Assembly: GCA_001724265.1 (NCBI GenBank)
Contig: MEDY01000109.1
Span: forward strand, 1 to 64,000
Direction of reading: 5' to 3'
Length of the DNA: 64,000 bases
From: Rhizaria sp. SCN 62-66
Taxonomy: Eukaryota
The notes beneath the pieces were generated by a model. It saw nothing but the letters and a program-made list of their open reading frames with translations, searched no databases and was not told the origin of the DNA. Shown here piece by piece: positions 46,933 to 58,799 of this stretch; positions within the stretch are counted from its first letter, which is position 1; each line of letters starts with the position of its first letter. The position numbers and the translations under genes were made by a program.

Positions 46933-49843
46933 ATGAGCGATTCGACCCCCGCGAACGCGCCCAAACGCGCCGCCTCAGTCATGCTAGGCTCGTCTCTCTC
47001 GACTTCCCCGTCGCACGGTGGCCAGGGAGGTGATGCCGGCGCACGCCGTGCCCCGCCACAGCCTGGCTCAACGCGCCTGCGCCTCAGGCCTCGCTGTGCA
47101 CACGGCGCGAGCTGCTACCGCAAGAATCCAGCTCACAAGGTACGCGTACTACAACAACGATTCCAATGCCTTAGGCATTCTCTGGTCAGGACATCCGTAC
47201 ATTGTCGTGTATAAAACTATACAATACGCAACATGCCACGGCTGTGCATTCGTTGACACTTATTTTGCTCTATTGATCCCATGTTTTTCTTAGGAAGCTG
47301 AGTCACACCCAGCCGACTCCGACTACAACTTGAACTCAGACAATGATCACGGCAGCAACTCCGACTCTGACGTCGAGATCACGGCCATCACTGGGAGAGC
47401 GAGCACGTCCGCTTCTGGTCGGAGGGTTAGCTGCGACAAGAGCGACTCTGGCCGCGCGAAGAAGAGCAAGGATAGCTCAGGCAAGATCCGGAGCGGGAGC
47501 AAGAGCAAAGGCAAAGGCGAGAGGAGCCGCGGCCGCGGTGGCGATGACAGTGACGACTCTCTGGACGGGTTTGTGGTTTCCGACTCTGAGTCCAGCGCGG
47601 GCGGCAACAGTGGCGACACTAGCGGCAACGACAGCGACGGGGTCGTGTACGCCGGCTCAGACTCTCAGTCAAGCTCGAGCGCTCCTCACGCGAGCGATGA
47701 CGACGAAAATCACGACGACGGTGGTGACGATGGCGAGTACAACGGCGGTTTGAAGGCACTTGAGCGTCCCCGCGCACTGTCACGTTCTAGCTCGCGCTCT
47801 GCGAGCGCGACTGTTTCCGCATCAGCGTCAGCGTCAGCGTCAGCGTCGTTGCAGCAGCAGTTCACGCCGCTGCCCGCGTCGGCCTCGTTGTCGCGCACCT
47901 CGAGCCGTGCCTCTCCGAGCATTGTGTCTCCGAGCTACAGCACCTCCAGCAGTGCTCGCCAGAGCTTCTCCTCCGCATCCTCGTCGAGTCTAAGTGCCCC
48001 GACTCTAAGCACCCTCGGCCGCGAGCTGTGCAACTACGGGGCGTCGTGCTATCAGAAGAACCCGGCTCACAAGCAGCGGTTCTGCCACCCCGGCGATCCC
48101 GACCACCCCTCGCAGCAGCCACAGCGACAGCAACATCAGCATGCAAGTGCTGCCTCCGGTGCAAGCGTTGGCCCAAGCTCGAGTTTCAACGCGAGCACCA
48201 GTGGCAGCGCTAGTTCCAGCGCGAGTGCGAGTGAAAGTGCCACAACTACAACAAGTTGCGGTGCAGGTGCCGAATCTAGCGCATGGTACTCTCGTCCTAT
48301 CGGTACGACCACTAGCGCGCACGATAACGCTTCTGCTAACAACAGCAACAGCACCAGCGCCAGCGCGAGCGCAAGCTCCAGTGCGAGCGCGCGCACTTCT
48401 GCTGCCAAGACGGCTGCTGTTAAGCCTATTGTTGCGGAGTCGAGTCCGAACAAGACTGCTTCACACGGCAGCACTGCTAGCGCAACCAAGAAACCCGCTG
48501 CGGTGACAAGCACACATGCCAGCAAGGCGGTCGCGAAGACGCCCGCGAGCGGCGGAACTAAAGCGACGATGACCGCTGGTAGCAAGGCGGCTGCGACTGG
48601 CAGCAGCACCGGCAGCAAGTCGACTGGTAGCGGCAGCGGCAGCAGCAGCAAGACTGTGGGCAGCCACGCGTACGACGACGAGGACTGGAGTGGGTGTGTG
48701 GGGTCTCTGTGGGACTTCCACCACACCAGCGCTGCAAACACGAATGCTAAGAGCAATGCCACCGCCAGTACTAGCAGCAGCAGCAGTAGCAGTGCCAGCG
48801 CGAGTACTGGCGGCACGGGGAGCTCTACGACTACGATCGCCATTACGTCGATGAGCTCCGACGATGACGACGTTGTTGAGGTGAGCGAGACTACGGCGAG
48901 CATGACTAAGAGTGAAGACGCATCCGCTGCCACAGCCGCTGCCGCTGCTGCTGCAGCCGCGACTGCGGCCGCGGCTGCAACTGTTGCTGCAGTCGAACCC
49001 GCGTCTGTGAAACAGCACCCGTTCTTTGCACCCAACAAGCCCACCAACGCCAGCAACACCAATGCTCACACTGCTCAGCCACAGGCACTGCGTCCCGCGG
49101 CCCCCTTGGCCTCCACGGCCCCGTTCCGCCCGCGTCCGGGCTTCGTGGCCCCCGCCGCGCGTTTCCCCGCCTCTTTACTATCGTGTCGGCTGCACTTTCC
49201 GCTGCCGCGGCCGCTGCCGCCCGCGTCGCTGCTGGCGCGCGCGGCGTGCGTGCTGGGCGCATCGGTGCCGGCGCTGCTGCCGCCTGCTGCGACGTGGGCG
49301 CAGACGGAGACGGTGCTGCGCAATGATGCTGCGGGGGCCGCCAGCGATGCCGCGATTGCTGTCGCTGACGCAGAGGCCGCCGGGGTCCTCGGCGGCGACG
49401 GCGACGGGGATGGGGATGAGGACAGCGACGCTGAGCTCGGCGGCGGCGGCGGCGGCGGTGGAGGTCTGTATGTCTGGGGGTTCGACGACGCCATGACAAA
49501 CGCGATCCCGCTTCCAAGCGACACTGCGAACGACGACAACGACGACGGCGGGACTGAGGCGGAGCGAGAGGCGCGGTATGCAAACCAAGTTGCGATCAGC
49601 AAGCTGGGTGCAGTGACGCACATCGTCTTGCCGCCCGGCCGCCGCGGCCGCGCGTTTGCGAAGGGCCCCACGGTCACCGCGTTTGTGGCGGCGGCGCGTC
49701 GCAAGCGCGACATCGAGGCGGCCCGGCTTCCAGGGCAGGGCGGCGCGGACAGCGCGCGGCTGTGGGTGGTCGGGCTTGAGTGGTTGGAGGCGTGTGTGCG
49801 CGAGGGACGCAAGGTTGACGAGGCGCCATACTCGCTCCTGTGA
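46933..49843 (+). CDS. Protein with two PBZ (PAR-binding) zinc fingers and a C-terminal BRCT-like domain; exons 46933-47139 and 47294-49843
   Basis: CAHGASCYRKNPAHK|EAESHP and CNYGASCYQKNPAHKQRFCHP match the PBZ pattern CxxGxxCYxxNPxHxxxxxH. VTHIV...WVVGLEWLEACVREGRKVDEAPY is a BRCT C-terminal signature. Ends TGA. Confidence 0.82.
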
Positions 49844-50144
49844 TCGCAATTGTGACTGGTCATTTCAATTGGGACTTTAATCTGTCATTTGGCATCGATA
49901 CAATAGATTCAGACGGGATATTCAGACACTATTCATATAGATTTATACTTTTTCTATTATGACGAGTCATTCGCAGTGTTCTAATATATGTTTCGCCATG
50001 ACGACCCTAAAAGCATATTTGGAAAGATGACATTTTTAGCGTTTCAACACGCACAGTACAGCAGTACAACAGTCAATTCATTACTTCTACGTCACATGGC
50101 CATAGTACACGAGCGCACTGCATTGCGATGAAGCGGCTTCCAGC

Positions 50145-50878
50145 TCAGTTCCAGTCGTCATCATCTTCCTTATTGTCACTCTTGGAAACAACAGCAGCGA
50201 CCGCCGCTTTGTCTGCCAAGACTGCAAGCAAGGCGGCGCCCGCATTAGACTCGCCACCGGCACCCGCAGTTGCCGTGGCAGCGATCAAGGAGAGCTTGAC
50301 CTTCTTATCCTCGAGAGCGTTAGTGTTGGTGCTGTTGTCAACGATACCGTTATTAATACTGTCGTTGCCGTTGTTGCTGTTATTAGCACAGAGCGTGTCG
50401 CTGTTGTGGGAGGCGGTGTCCGTGCCTTCGCCGCAAAGCAGGCACGACATGAGAGTCTCATGCGTCTTCTCGGTGACTTCGAAGCGGTGGAAGTGGGGCG
50501 ACACGACGTGCGAACAGGCAGGGCACACATCTAGAGACAACAGTGAAAAGAGTATCGCCACAAAAAGACAAGATATGCCATTGAGTTCGAAATCAAACAG
50601 TTAAAAGCGGTGTATAGCAATATACACGATTCATATATACATGAAAAGTCGTGGTTATCTCATATAAATGTTATTTACGTACGGTTGAACGTGGTTTCGG
50701 TGAGGTAGAGATCGTTCTCATCGTCTTCTTCAACGACTTCGCTCTCACGCGCGGCTTCCACGAGGCGGCCACGCACGCCACAGGCCGCACATTGCTTGAA
50801 GTTAAGCAAATACGCGCCGTGATCAACGCAGGTGCGTCCGCGGTCCGGACGGACCTCGACGACACAGTCCTGGCACAT
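50145..50878 (-). CDS. CHURC1: Churchill-domain zinc-binding protein; exons 50878-50683 and 50530-50145
   Basis: MCQDCVVEVRPDRGRTCVDHGAYLLNFKQCAACG...FNH|VCPACSHVVSPHFHRF...MSCLLCGEGTDT follows the Churchill pattern as I recall it (MCxxCV..PxRGxxC..GxxLLNF.xCxxC..HxCxxCxH..H..MxCLLCG). It is followed by a low-complexity tail. Ends TGA. Confidence 0.88.
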
Positions 50879-51232
50879 AAGTGACTGCTGTGCTTGGGTG
50901 ATCAAAGAGACAGGAGAACCGGGGAGTGAGGACATGTCCATTGAGAAGGTTCCAAGTTGTCCCAGGCAACATAATTTCAGAAAGACCTTTACATTCGCAG
51001 ATTGACTATTGGTCCATTTCGAGAATCATATTTGACGATCACTATATCGCGTTTGCTTTGCCTGAAGAAGGCCTCGCTTTCTCGCTTCGTCTAACCCTCC
51101 GCTCGTCTTCCACCTGAATTCAAAATCCACAGTCTGCATACGCGTGTAGCGCTAGCGCCACTGCTACAGACAGATCGCCACTACCAAACATCTTCTACGG
51201 CCGCGTCTCACGCCGTTTAATTTCCGCATACC

Positions 51233-53417
51233 ATGCCGCGCTGGCCCGCCAAGCAGCCCTCCGCCGCGCCAGCATCGTCGGGCACCCCCATGGCCGACGA
51301 CAACGCTGCGGCCGCCGCCCCTGCCCCGGTCGCGCCCGCGCTAGCTGTGCCGGCGTTTGTACCACAGTCCTCCGGCGAGGCGACCCCGTTCACCCCGTTC
51401 GCGCCCGTGACGACCGCCCTGGTGACGCCGGCGTCGCCGCGCAAACGCAGCCGCCCCGCCCCCACGCCGGTCGTCGCCGACCCCAACGACAAGCGGCCCG
51501 ACGCCGCTGACGCCGCACCTGCCGGGTACCAGCGCGTGTCGCGCTCGCGGTACGTGTGGCCGATGATCCAGCCCAAGCCGCTCAAGCGTTGCGACGTCAT
51601 GACCTGCTCCTGTCCGCCGCCGCCCGTCCGCAGCGTATCGAACGCGTCAGCAGCACTGAACAACACAATCGCAAGCTCGAGTTCGAGCGCGGGCGCGGGC
51701 GCGGCGGCGGACGCTGCTTTCTGCAAGTCCCCGCTGAGCGCGGACGGTGTGGATGACGACTTGGCAGCAGCAGCAGCGGCAGCAGCACTTGCTGCTGCGA
51801 AGCGCCCGCTGTCGCCCCCGGCGTTCACGGGCGGATCGCTGCGCATGGCGCTCAAGCGTAGCGCGGAGCTGGCGGCGCAGGAGGCCGCCGAGGCCGCCGC
51901 CGCCAATGCCGCCGCCGAGGCCGCCGCCGCCAAGGCCGCCGCTCGCGCCCGCCTCGCTGCGACTGGAAATGCTGGTGATAATGATGATCCTGAAGAAGAG
52001 GAAGAAGAGGAGGAGTCTGCGCGGAGCAAGGCGATTGCCAAGGGCTTTACTGGGTGTTACGATGACAGCTGCGACCTGCGCGCGTCGATGACCGAGTGCG
52101 ACCCACGTGTGTGCCAGCACGGCGACGGCTGCGGCAACGCGCGCATCGCGCGCAAGCAGTGGGCTAAGACGGCCGTGGTCAAGACGCACGGCAAGGGCTT
52201 CGGGCTGCGCGTGCTGGAGGACGTCGAGGAGGGCGCGTTCATCATTGAATACTGTGGCGAGGTCATCAACGGCTTCGAGGTACGCGACGTAATCGCAAAA
52301 CTACAAATGCGTATGACTATAATCCCATTTTTGTCATGCTTCTTTATCATTCTTTATTCTTTGATATGTTTGTTTTTCTCTTGTTAGACGTTTCTGCTCG
52401 ATATTCTAACATATGCGTCTTCTTTTGTCTCCTGTTTGTTCGGTTGCTCAAATCCCCCCTTCTCAGTCTATTCGCCGCGTGGCTGAGTACGTCAAGTCTG
52501 GCAACCCGAACCTGTACGTGTTCAAGCTCTCCGGCCAGGTCCTCATCGACGCCGGCCGCCTGGGCTCCATCGCGCGCTTTATCAACCACTCATGCGCGCC
52601 CAACTGCCACACTGAGAAGTGGTCCGTGGGGGCCGAGACGCGCGTCGTGATCGTCGCAAATGAGGCGCTCAAGGCGGGCACTGAGCTCACGTACAACTAC
52701 TTCTTCGACGACTTGAAGGACGAAGCGCAGCAGACGCGCTGTCTGTGCGGCGCAAGCAACTGCAGCGGCTGGCTGGGTAAGCGCCCGCTGCCGCCGGGCC
52801 AGATATCACAGCAAGCGCAGCAGCAGGTGCAGCTGGCGCAGCAGCAGGCGGTGCCCGCGGATGGGACGGCGCTGGCTGCGGCTGCCTCCGCGGGTAAGGC
52901 CATGAAGGCCAAGAAGGGCACTGCGAAGACGGCCGCCGCGGCTGCTGTTGCTGCTGCCGCTGCTGCTGCAAAGGCGAAAGGGGCAGTTTTGAAGGACGGC
53001 AAGAAGGCTGCCGCAGCCGCTGCTTCAGCGGCTGCTGCTGCTGCTAGCGGTGCGAAGGCTGTGGCTGCGTCTGCTACTGACAAGAAGGCGGCTGGAAAGA
53101 ACGCGACTGGTGGCAAGAAGGCGACTACTGTCAAGACTGCAGTCAAGGCAAGCAAGAAAGCCCTTGCTGCGAACGCTGTGGCCGCTGCGGCTGATGCTCC
53201 CAAGCCCAAGCGTGCGTACAACAAGCGTGTGCAGGCTCCCGGTGCGACGGGCCTTGTCGCTGGTGCTGCAACTGCAACGGGCGCTGCCGGTGCTGCAGTT
53301 GCAGATTCAGCGGACGCGACTGCGGCACCGACTGAGAAGCGCAAGCTTGGGCCCTGCAAGCGCCGCGCCCCTGACGCCGACCCTGTGGCGGCGGCCGCGG
53401 ACACGAACGCTGCGTGA
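51233..53417 (+). CDS. AWS-SET-postSET histone lysine methyltransferase (SET2/ASH1/NSD-like, putative H3K36); exons 51233-52279 and 52467-53417
   Basis: AWS Cys cluster CDLRASMTECDPRVC..GCGN, KGFGLR, FIIEYCGEVI, IDAGRLGSIARFINHSCAPNC, ELTYNY and post-SET CLCGASNCSG. Ends TGA. Confidence 0.92.
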
Positions 53418-53804
53418 ACAACGCAATTCTCACTTGCTATCTTTCTTTGCTTCCTGGGGGCTTGGACAATGACTTGTTGCATCGTAAACCGGCCAGTGTC
53501 ATGCTATTTGATTTTTGATTTGTACTGATCACTCCATACTCCATGTTGAACACGTCAGAGTATGATGGCCTGAGAACGATCAATAAAACATTCTATAGAT
53601 TCGCTGTTTCGAAAATTAAAAAAAAAACTCATCAACATTGATCTTTAAATGGGATTTGTATATAGATCTGACGTTGCGTCACGTATTCTGGCCCGATATT
53701 GGCAAGGCAAAAGCGGCGTCGCTCTCAGTGTCGGCCCGATCCGAGTCTGTCACCAGGCTATATATCACGACTGTTGTTATAGTTCATGTGTACGTTCGCT
53801 ACGC

Positions 53805-54841
53805 TCACACGACGCCGGCGACGGAGAGCAGCACGGCGCCCACGGTCACCGCGAGCGCGACCGCGGCCGACACGGCAGCGGCGGCAGAGGTGCACGACAT
53901 GATGCCCGTCGTGGTGTCGACGTAGGGTGTGCCGCGCAGGCAAGTGGCCGTAGCGGCGACGGTGCCCGAGGCGGTGCAGTTGACGTTGCGGGGGCAAGGG
54001 TAGCAGTCGCCGTTGACCATGTAGGTCGCGGGCAGACAGAGACAACCGGTGCGCTCGGTGTTGGGGCGGCCATACACGGGGCACGGGAAGCAGAAAGACG
54101 CGCCGGTGAAGTTCGAGTACGTCAGCGGCGGGCACGCGGCACACGCGGAGCCGGGAGTGCCGGAGTAGGTGCCGACGGGGCACGCCTCACAGGCCGTGAG
54201 GGCCGTGTTGTTCGTGTGGCCGGCGGAGCAGGTCGCGCATGCGGCGTCGCTCACATCGGCCTTGACAGTGCCTGGGAGTCGATTAGGTGGGTATAATACG
54301 ATCAAGAAAAAATGCATGATATACAATGAGTACTTGCTGCTGGTTAAGTAACCTGACAATGAACACAGATTATGCGACGGTAGACTGTGATTAAGATGAA
54401 GTTCAAGGGTCTGTCATTGTTGTCGTACCAATGGCGCATGTGCCACAACAGGCGGTGTAGGACGAGTCCAGGCTGCTAAAGTCAGAAATCTTGCTGTTTG
54501 AGATGCACTCAGTGCCGCTTGTCTGTGGGGAGGCGGTAATGCCACGAGTTGAACATCATATGACACAGTAAGAGTGAGAACAAGGCATGGTGACCGCAAA
54601 AGCGAGTCCGAGGTCGAGGGCAGTTTGAACATAACGGAGGAGACAGTGAAGCTGAGCAAGGGCAGACGCAAACTACACACCGCTAAAATCATAACAACAC
54701 GTGGGAATTACGTACCACAGTAAGCTCAAGGCCATACTCCTCACCAGCCGGGCAGGAGATGGCATCGAGGGCGAACGTGAGGTGACCGAAGGTGGCGACC
54801 ACTGCAGCCACCAAAACGAGAGTCAAACGAGCCATTCGCAT
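53805..54841 (-). CDS. Small Cys-rich cell-surface protein (signal peptide, CxxCPxG repeats, GPI-like tail); exons 54841-54716, 54522-54429, 54271-53805
   Basis: Signal-like MARLTLVLVAAVVATFGHLTFA. Repeats CEACPVGTYS, CAACPPLTYS and CFPCP. Hydrophobic C-terminus with no cytosolic tail. Two GTACG..CAG introns with matching phases. Ends TGA. Confidence 0.75.
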
Positions 54842-55413
54842 CGTCAACTAGGCAAACAATACAAACACAAAATGAGTGCGCAAGTCAGCAATACAAAATG
54901 ATAATAGTGCATTTAAAGGCAATACATAGAGAGAGATATGCTTGTTTTTTAGCAATGGCTCGATCGGGTAACGACTATGAGAGAGTGAGCGAGCGAGCTT
55001 GGACTTTTTCGGCCCTATGCGGCTTAGCTTCGGGATCGATCGTCGAGCACCAAGGGGGGCCTTCAAAAGGAAAGGAACTGTCGTTTGAGGAGTGTCGTGA
55101 GGCTTGTTTGGGTTGTGAATATATTGAAGGATTGACATGGCCCAGAAGTATCTCCTGTGTGTTTGCTGCCCCCATTGGACGCTTTATGGGGCTCATCCGT
55201 ACGCTAGGAGAGGGGACTCAATCGACTCTCTTCCTTACCACACCAAGGGAGCAGTCGAGTCTTTTTGTAGCTCGCTTGTGACTGATTGGTTCCTTCTATG
55301 ATCTTGACGTCTATTTATATGATTTTCCACATTGTATTGTAGCCACTTGACTTACACATTGTTTCTTCTGCCTTGTACTTGTCTCGTATTGACTCATGCT
55401 AACACAGGTTGTA

Positions 55414-55569
55414 ATGAGGCACAACCTGCTCCGACTGCTAATCGCTGTCGTTGCTTTCTGTGCCTTTGTGGTGGCGTACGACTTGTCGTCGGACGCTTCG
55501 GCGGAGGTCTCTCACGAGATGTTCGCTGATTCCACCGTCGACCAGGGTGCCCTGCTCAGCATCGACGCT

Positions 55570-55603
<34 letters not shown>

Positions 55604-57789
55604 TTGACTCTGAGGCCGACGCCGACGTTGATGTCGACGCCGAGGTCGACGAGGAGGCTGAGCTTGACGCTGACCTTGACACCGAGGTTGACGTCGCTGC
55701 CGAGGCCGAGTCCGAGACTGAGGACTCTGCTTCCGCCGTTTCCAAGGCCCTCGCTGGCAACAAGCTCGAGGCTGTTCTCCTCGATGTCCCCGCCGTGACC
55801 CGTGTCCGCAACGTCCAGCGTCTCGACGCCCAGATGGACGAGGCGATCATGGCGTCCCTCGCCGAGGCCGAGGACAACGTTGTCCCCATGGCCGTCGACA
55901 CCGATCTTCTCCACCACACCAACGAGCTCGAGAAGCTCCAGGACCTCCTCGAGTCCGAGGACGCCATTGAGCGTAAGTTCTCCTCTTTCCTCGACATCGG
56001 TGCCGAGGCTGACGCTGAGGCTGAGGCCTACGCCAACGCCTTCACCGAGGCCGAGCTTGAGAACGAGGCCGAGCGCAAGGACGTTCTCAAGGACCTCGAC
56101 GACGCCCTCGAGGCGAACCAGATCAAGGCCGACGCTTCCGAGCTCGCCAAGTCGTCCAACACCAAGAGTTTCGCCAAGATTGCTAAGGGCGTCACTGGCG
56201 GCATGTCGTCAACCGACTTTGCCCTCTCCCGTGTGCGTTCCGACATGGCCATGGCCCTGAACACCAAAAAGCACACGCTTGACCGCGCCGCCGAGATTGC
56301 GTACGAGATGGGCAACTACCTCACGCAGTTCAACCGCGCCCACGGCAAGCCCTGCGAGGACAAGACCCCCGGTGGCCGCGACCGCCGTCGCCGCCGCCGC
56401 CGTGGTGGCCGTGACCGCGACCGCCGTCGCCGTCGCCGCGACTCGCGTGACCGCCGCCGTCGCCGTCGTGAGTCGCGCGACCGCCGCCGTCGCCGCAACC
56501 GCTCCCGCAACACGAACACGCACTCGCACTCGTCTTCATCGTCGTCCACGTCGACGCACTCGTCCACCAACTCCGTGTCTAACACCAACACCAAGACGGA
56601 GAACAACCAGAAGGAGACGATCGTCAAGATCCGTGAGGTGATCAAGTACATGCCGTGCGACGGCGAGCGCTGCCGCCCCAAGCCCAGCATCATCAAGATC
56701 GTCACTCCGCCCCCGGTCATCAACTACACCCAGGTGCAGCCCCTGCGCTACAAGGATCTCAAGTCGTTCGACATCACCCCCGCGCGCCAGTGGAACTTCA
56801 CGCACAAGGTCGACAACTCGTCGTGGCCTTCGCAGCAGAAGCAGACGATCATTTACCAGGTTCCTGACAAGCAGACGCCCAGCCGCCCCGACCTGCCTAT
56901 CACCCCGCCCAAGAAGCCCGAGCCGCCGAAGACGCCCCAGCAGGATACGACCCCCCCTGAGTCTCCTCCCCAGCAGGATACGACCCCCCCTGAGTCTCCT
57001 CCCCAGCAGGACACCACTCCTCAGCCGCCTCAGGAACAGACCGACGAGACTCCCCAGCCGCCCGAGGAGGCACCTCCTCAGCAGCAGGATGAGACTCCCC
57101 AGCCGCCCCCCGAGGAGGAGAAGCAGGAGGAGCCGCCTCAGCAGAACGATGAGACTCCCCAGCCTCCCGAGGAGGAGGAGAAGAAGGAGGAGTCTCCCCC
57201 CGAGGACAAGGAGGGCTGGGGCCCCAAGTACGTCGGCGAGGACGAAGGCAAGTCCACCAACGGCAAGGCTGCTGCTGGCGGCAGTGCCAACAGCAAGTGC
57301 TCTGGCAAGTGCGTCGACAACAAGACCAACACGTGCTCGACCGGCTTCCTGTCCGGCAAGTGCTCCGGCGCTGCTAACATCCAGTGCTGCACGGGCACGG
57401 TGACCGCCAAGGGCGGCGCCGCCTCCACCAGCAGCTCCACCGCGTCGTCGGCCAACCCCAAGTGCCCTGGCACGTGCGCTGACAACAAGACTAACACTTG
57501 CTCCTCGGGCTTCCTCTCGGGCAAGTGCTCCGGCGCCGCGACCGTCCAGTGCTGCACGGGCACGCTGACCGCCAAGGGCGCCTCCACCTCGACCAGCGCC
57601 AGCTCCACCTCCAGCTCTAGCTCGTCGTCCTCATCGTCCTCATCGTCCTCGTCGTCGTCCAAGTGCTCTGGCGAATGCGTCAACAGCTCCACGTACAAGT
57701 GCTCTGCCGCCTTTCAGTCCGGCAAGTGCCCCGGTGCCGCCAACATCAAGTGCTGCCCCGGTAAGGCCACCAAGAAGTTCTTCTTCTAA
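55414..57789 (+). CDS. Secreted modular protein: signal peptide, acidic region, Arg-rich run, Pro/Gln/Glu repeats and three C-terminal 6-Cys repeats
   Basis: MRHNLLRLLIAVVAFCAFVVA signal, (DA)n acidic tract, RRRRRGGRDR tract, QQDTTPPESPP repeats and three C-x-G-x-C-x6-C-x4-SGKC-x-GAA-x3-CC repeats. Very strong codon bias. Probable 5'UTR intron 55199-55407. Ends TAA. Confidence 0.85.
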
Positions 57790-58199
57790 GTGAAGCCTGG
57801 TTCAGGGAGCACACGGGGGATCCTACTACTTTGTGTGGGTAGGAATATATACGGTTGGTTGGTGGGCTATGAACAGTCGATCCGTGACAACTTTTATCTG
57901 TGTGGTTGTGCACTTTTTTTGAAAGAACATTTGTTTGATTTCCGATTGTGATCAAGAAAATCATTCAAATCAATACAAAATTACTGATATACGAATGTTT
58001 CGATTGTTCATCTCATGATGTAAATATGTTGTATTTGTGATAATACATACTGGCCTGCTGTATTTTGATTACAGTAGGTGCTATATAACGAATAATACCA
58101 TCGTGCACAAGACTAAGCTCACGTGAGGCAAGTGACATGACACACGAATGAGACCGCCATCTGGATCCACCAACCAATTGCAGAAGTACCTTGTATGAC

Positions 58200-58799
58200 T
58201 CAGTAGACGTGAACGATGTTGTACAGCATGGTCCAGAAGAGGACGTAGGTCATGAGGGCCTGAACGACGCCGTCAGTCCATACCGACCACTGGGACGCGA
58301 AGTACGTCTAAACAAAGAAAACATTCAAAGGGAACACAATATAATAGTATAAACACGGATTTATCAGAGTAAAACACGTACAGTCAGATGATTGGTTGCA
58401 CAATGCTGTGTTTTGCGAAGTGACGTACGGTAGGCTTGAACGAGGTCTTGACCATCAGGAAGTAGGACAGCAGGGCCATAGAGGCTGCGAAGAATAGCAG
58501 GCCGTAGATGCCATCAAAGCCAATAATGCCACATGCACTGCCCGCAAAGAGAGCAACCATTGAGCGACTGCGGATACAGCGTAGACGCAGCAAACAAAAG
58601 AGGAAAGATGACGAACGAAGATGTGAGTAAGAGCAGCCTGTGTGTAGAGCACTACAGTTGACAGTGGAGGAAATGTGATGGGCGCACAATCAGTCTATAC
58701 GAGCGTGTTAAGTACGTACATATTGTTATGGAGCAGGCCGTTCGCAGCGACCTTCTCAGGGGCCGTGCGCTGAGCAATCGGAGTGCGGTCATCCATCAT
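58200..58799 (-). CDS. EMC6: ER membrane protein complex subunit 6 (multi-exon; first junction not fully resolved)
   Basis: RSMVALFAGSACGIIGFDGIYGLLFF and last exon (58307-58200) TYFASQWSVWTDGVVQALMTYVLFWTMLYNIVHVY-TGA match the EMC6 C-terminus. GTACGT donors at 58719 and 58428. Confidence 0.88.

Noticed and set aside
55199-55414. Acceptor-like pyrimidine tract plus AG just before ATGs (also at ~29162) as evidence of spliced-leader trans-splicing
   Set aside because: Matching cis donors exist upstream (GTACGC at 55199; GTATGT near 29447 on the minus strand), so ordinary 5'UTR introns explain them.
58570-58719. Possible micro-exon (AALTHI) in the first EMC6 intron
   Set aside because: It would fill an apparent short gap, but I could not find splice sites with compatible phase. 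Left unresolved.
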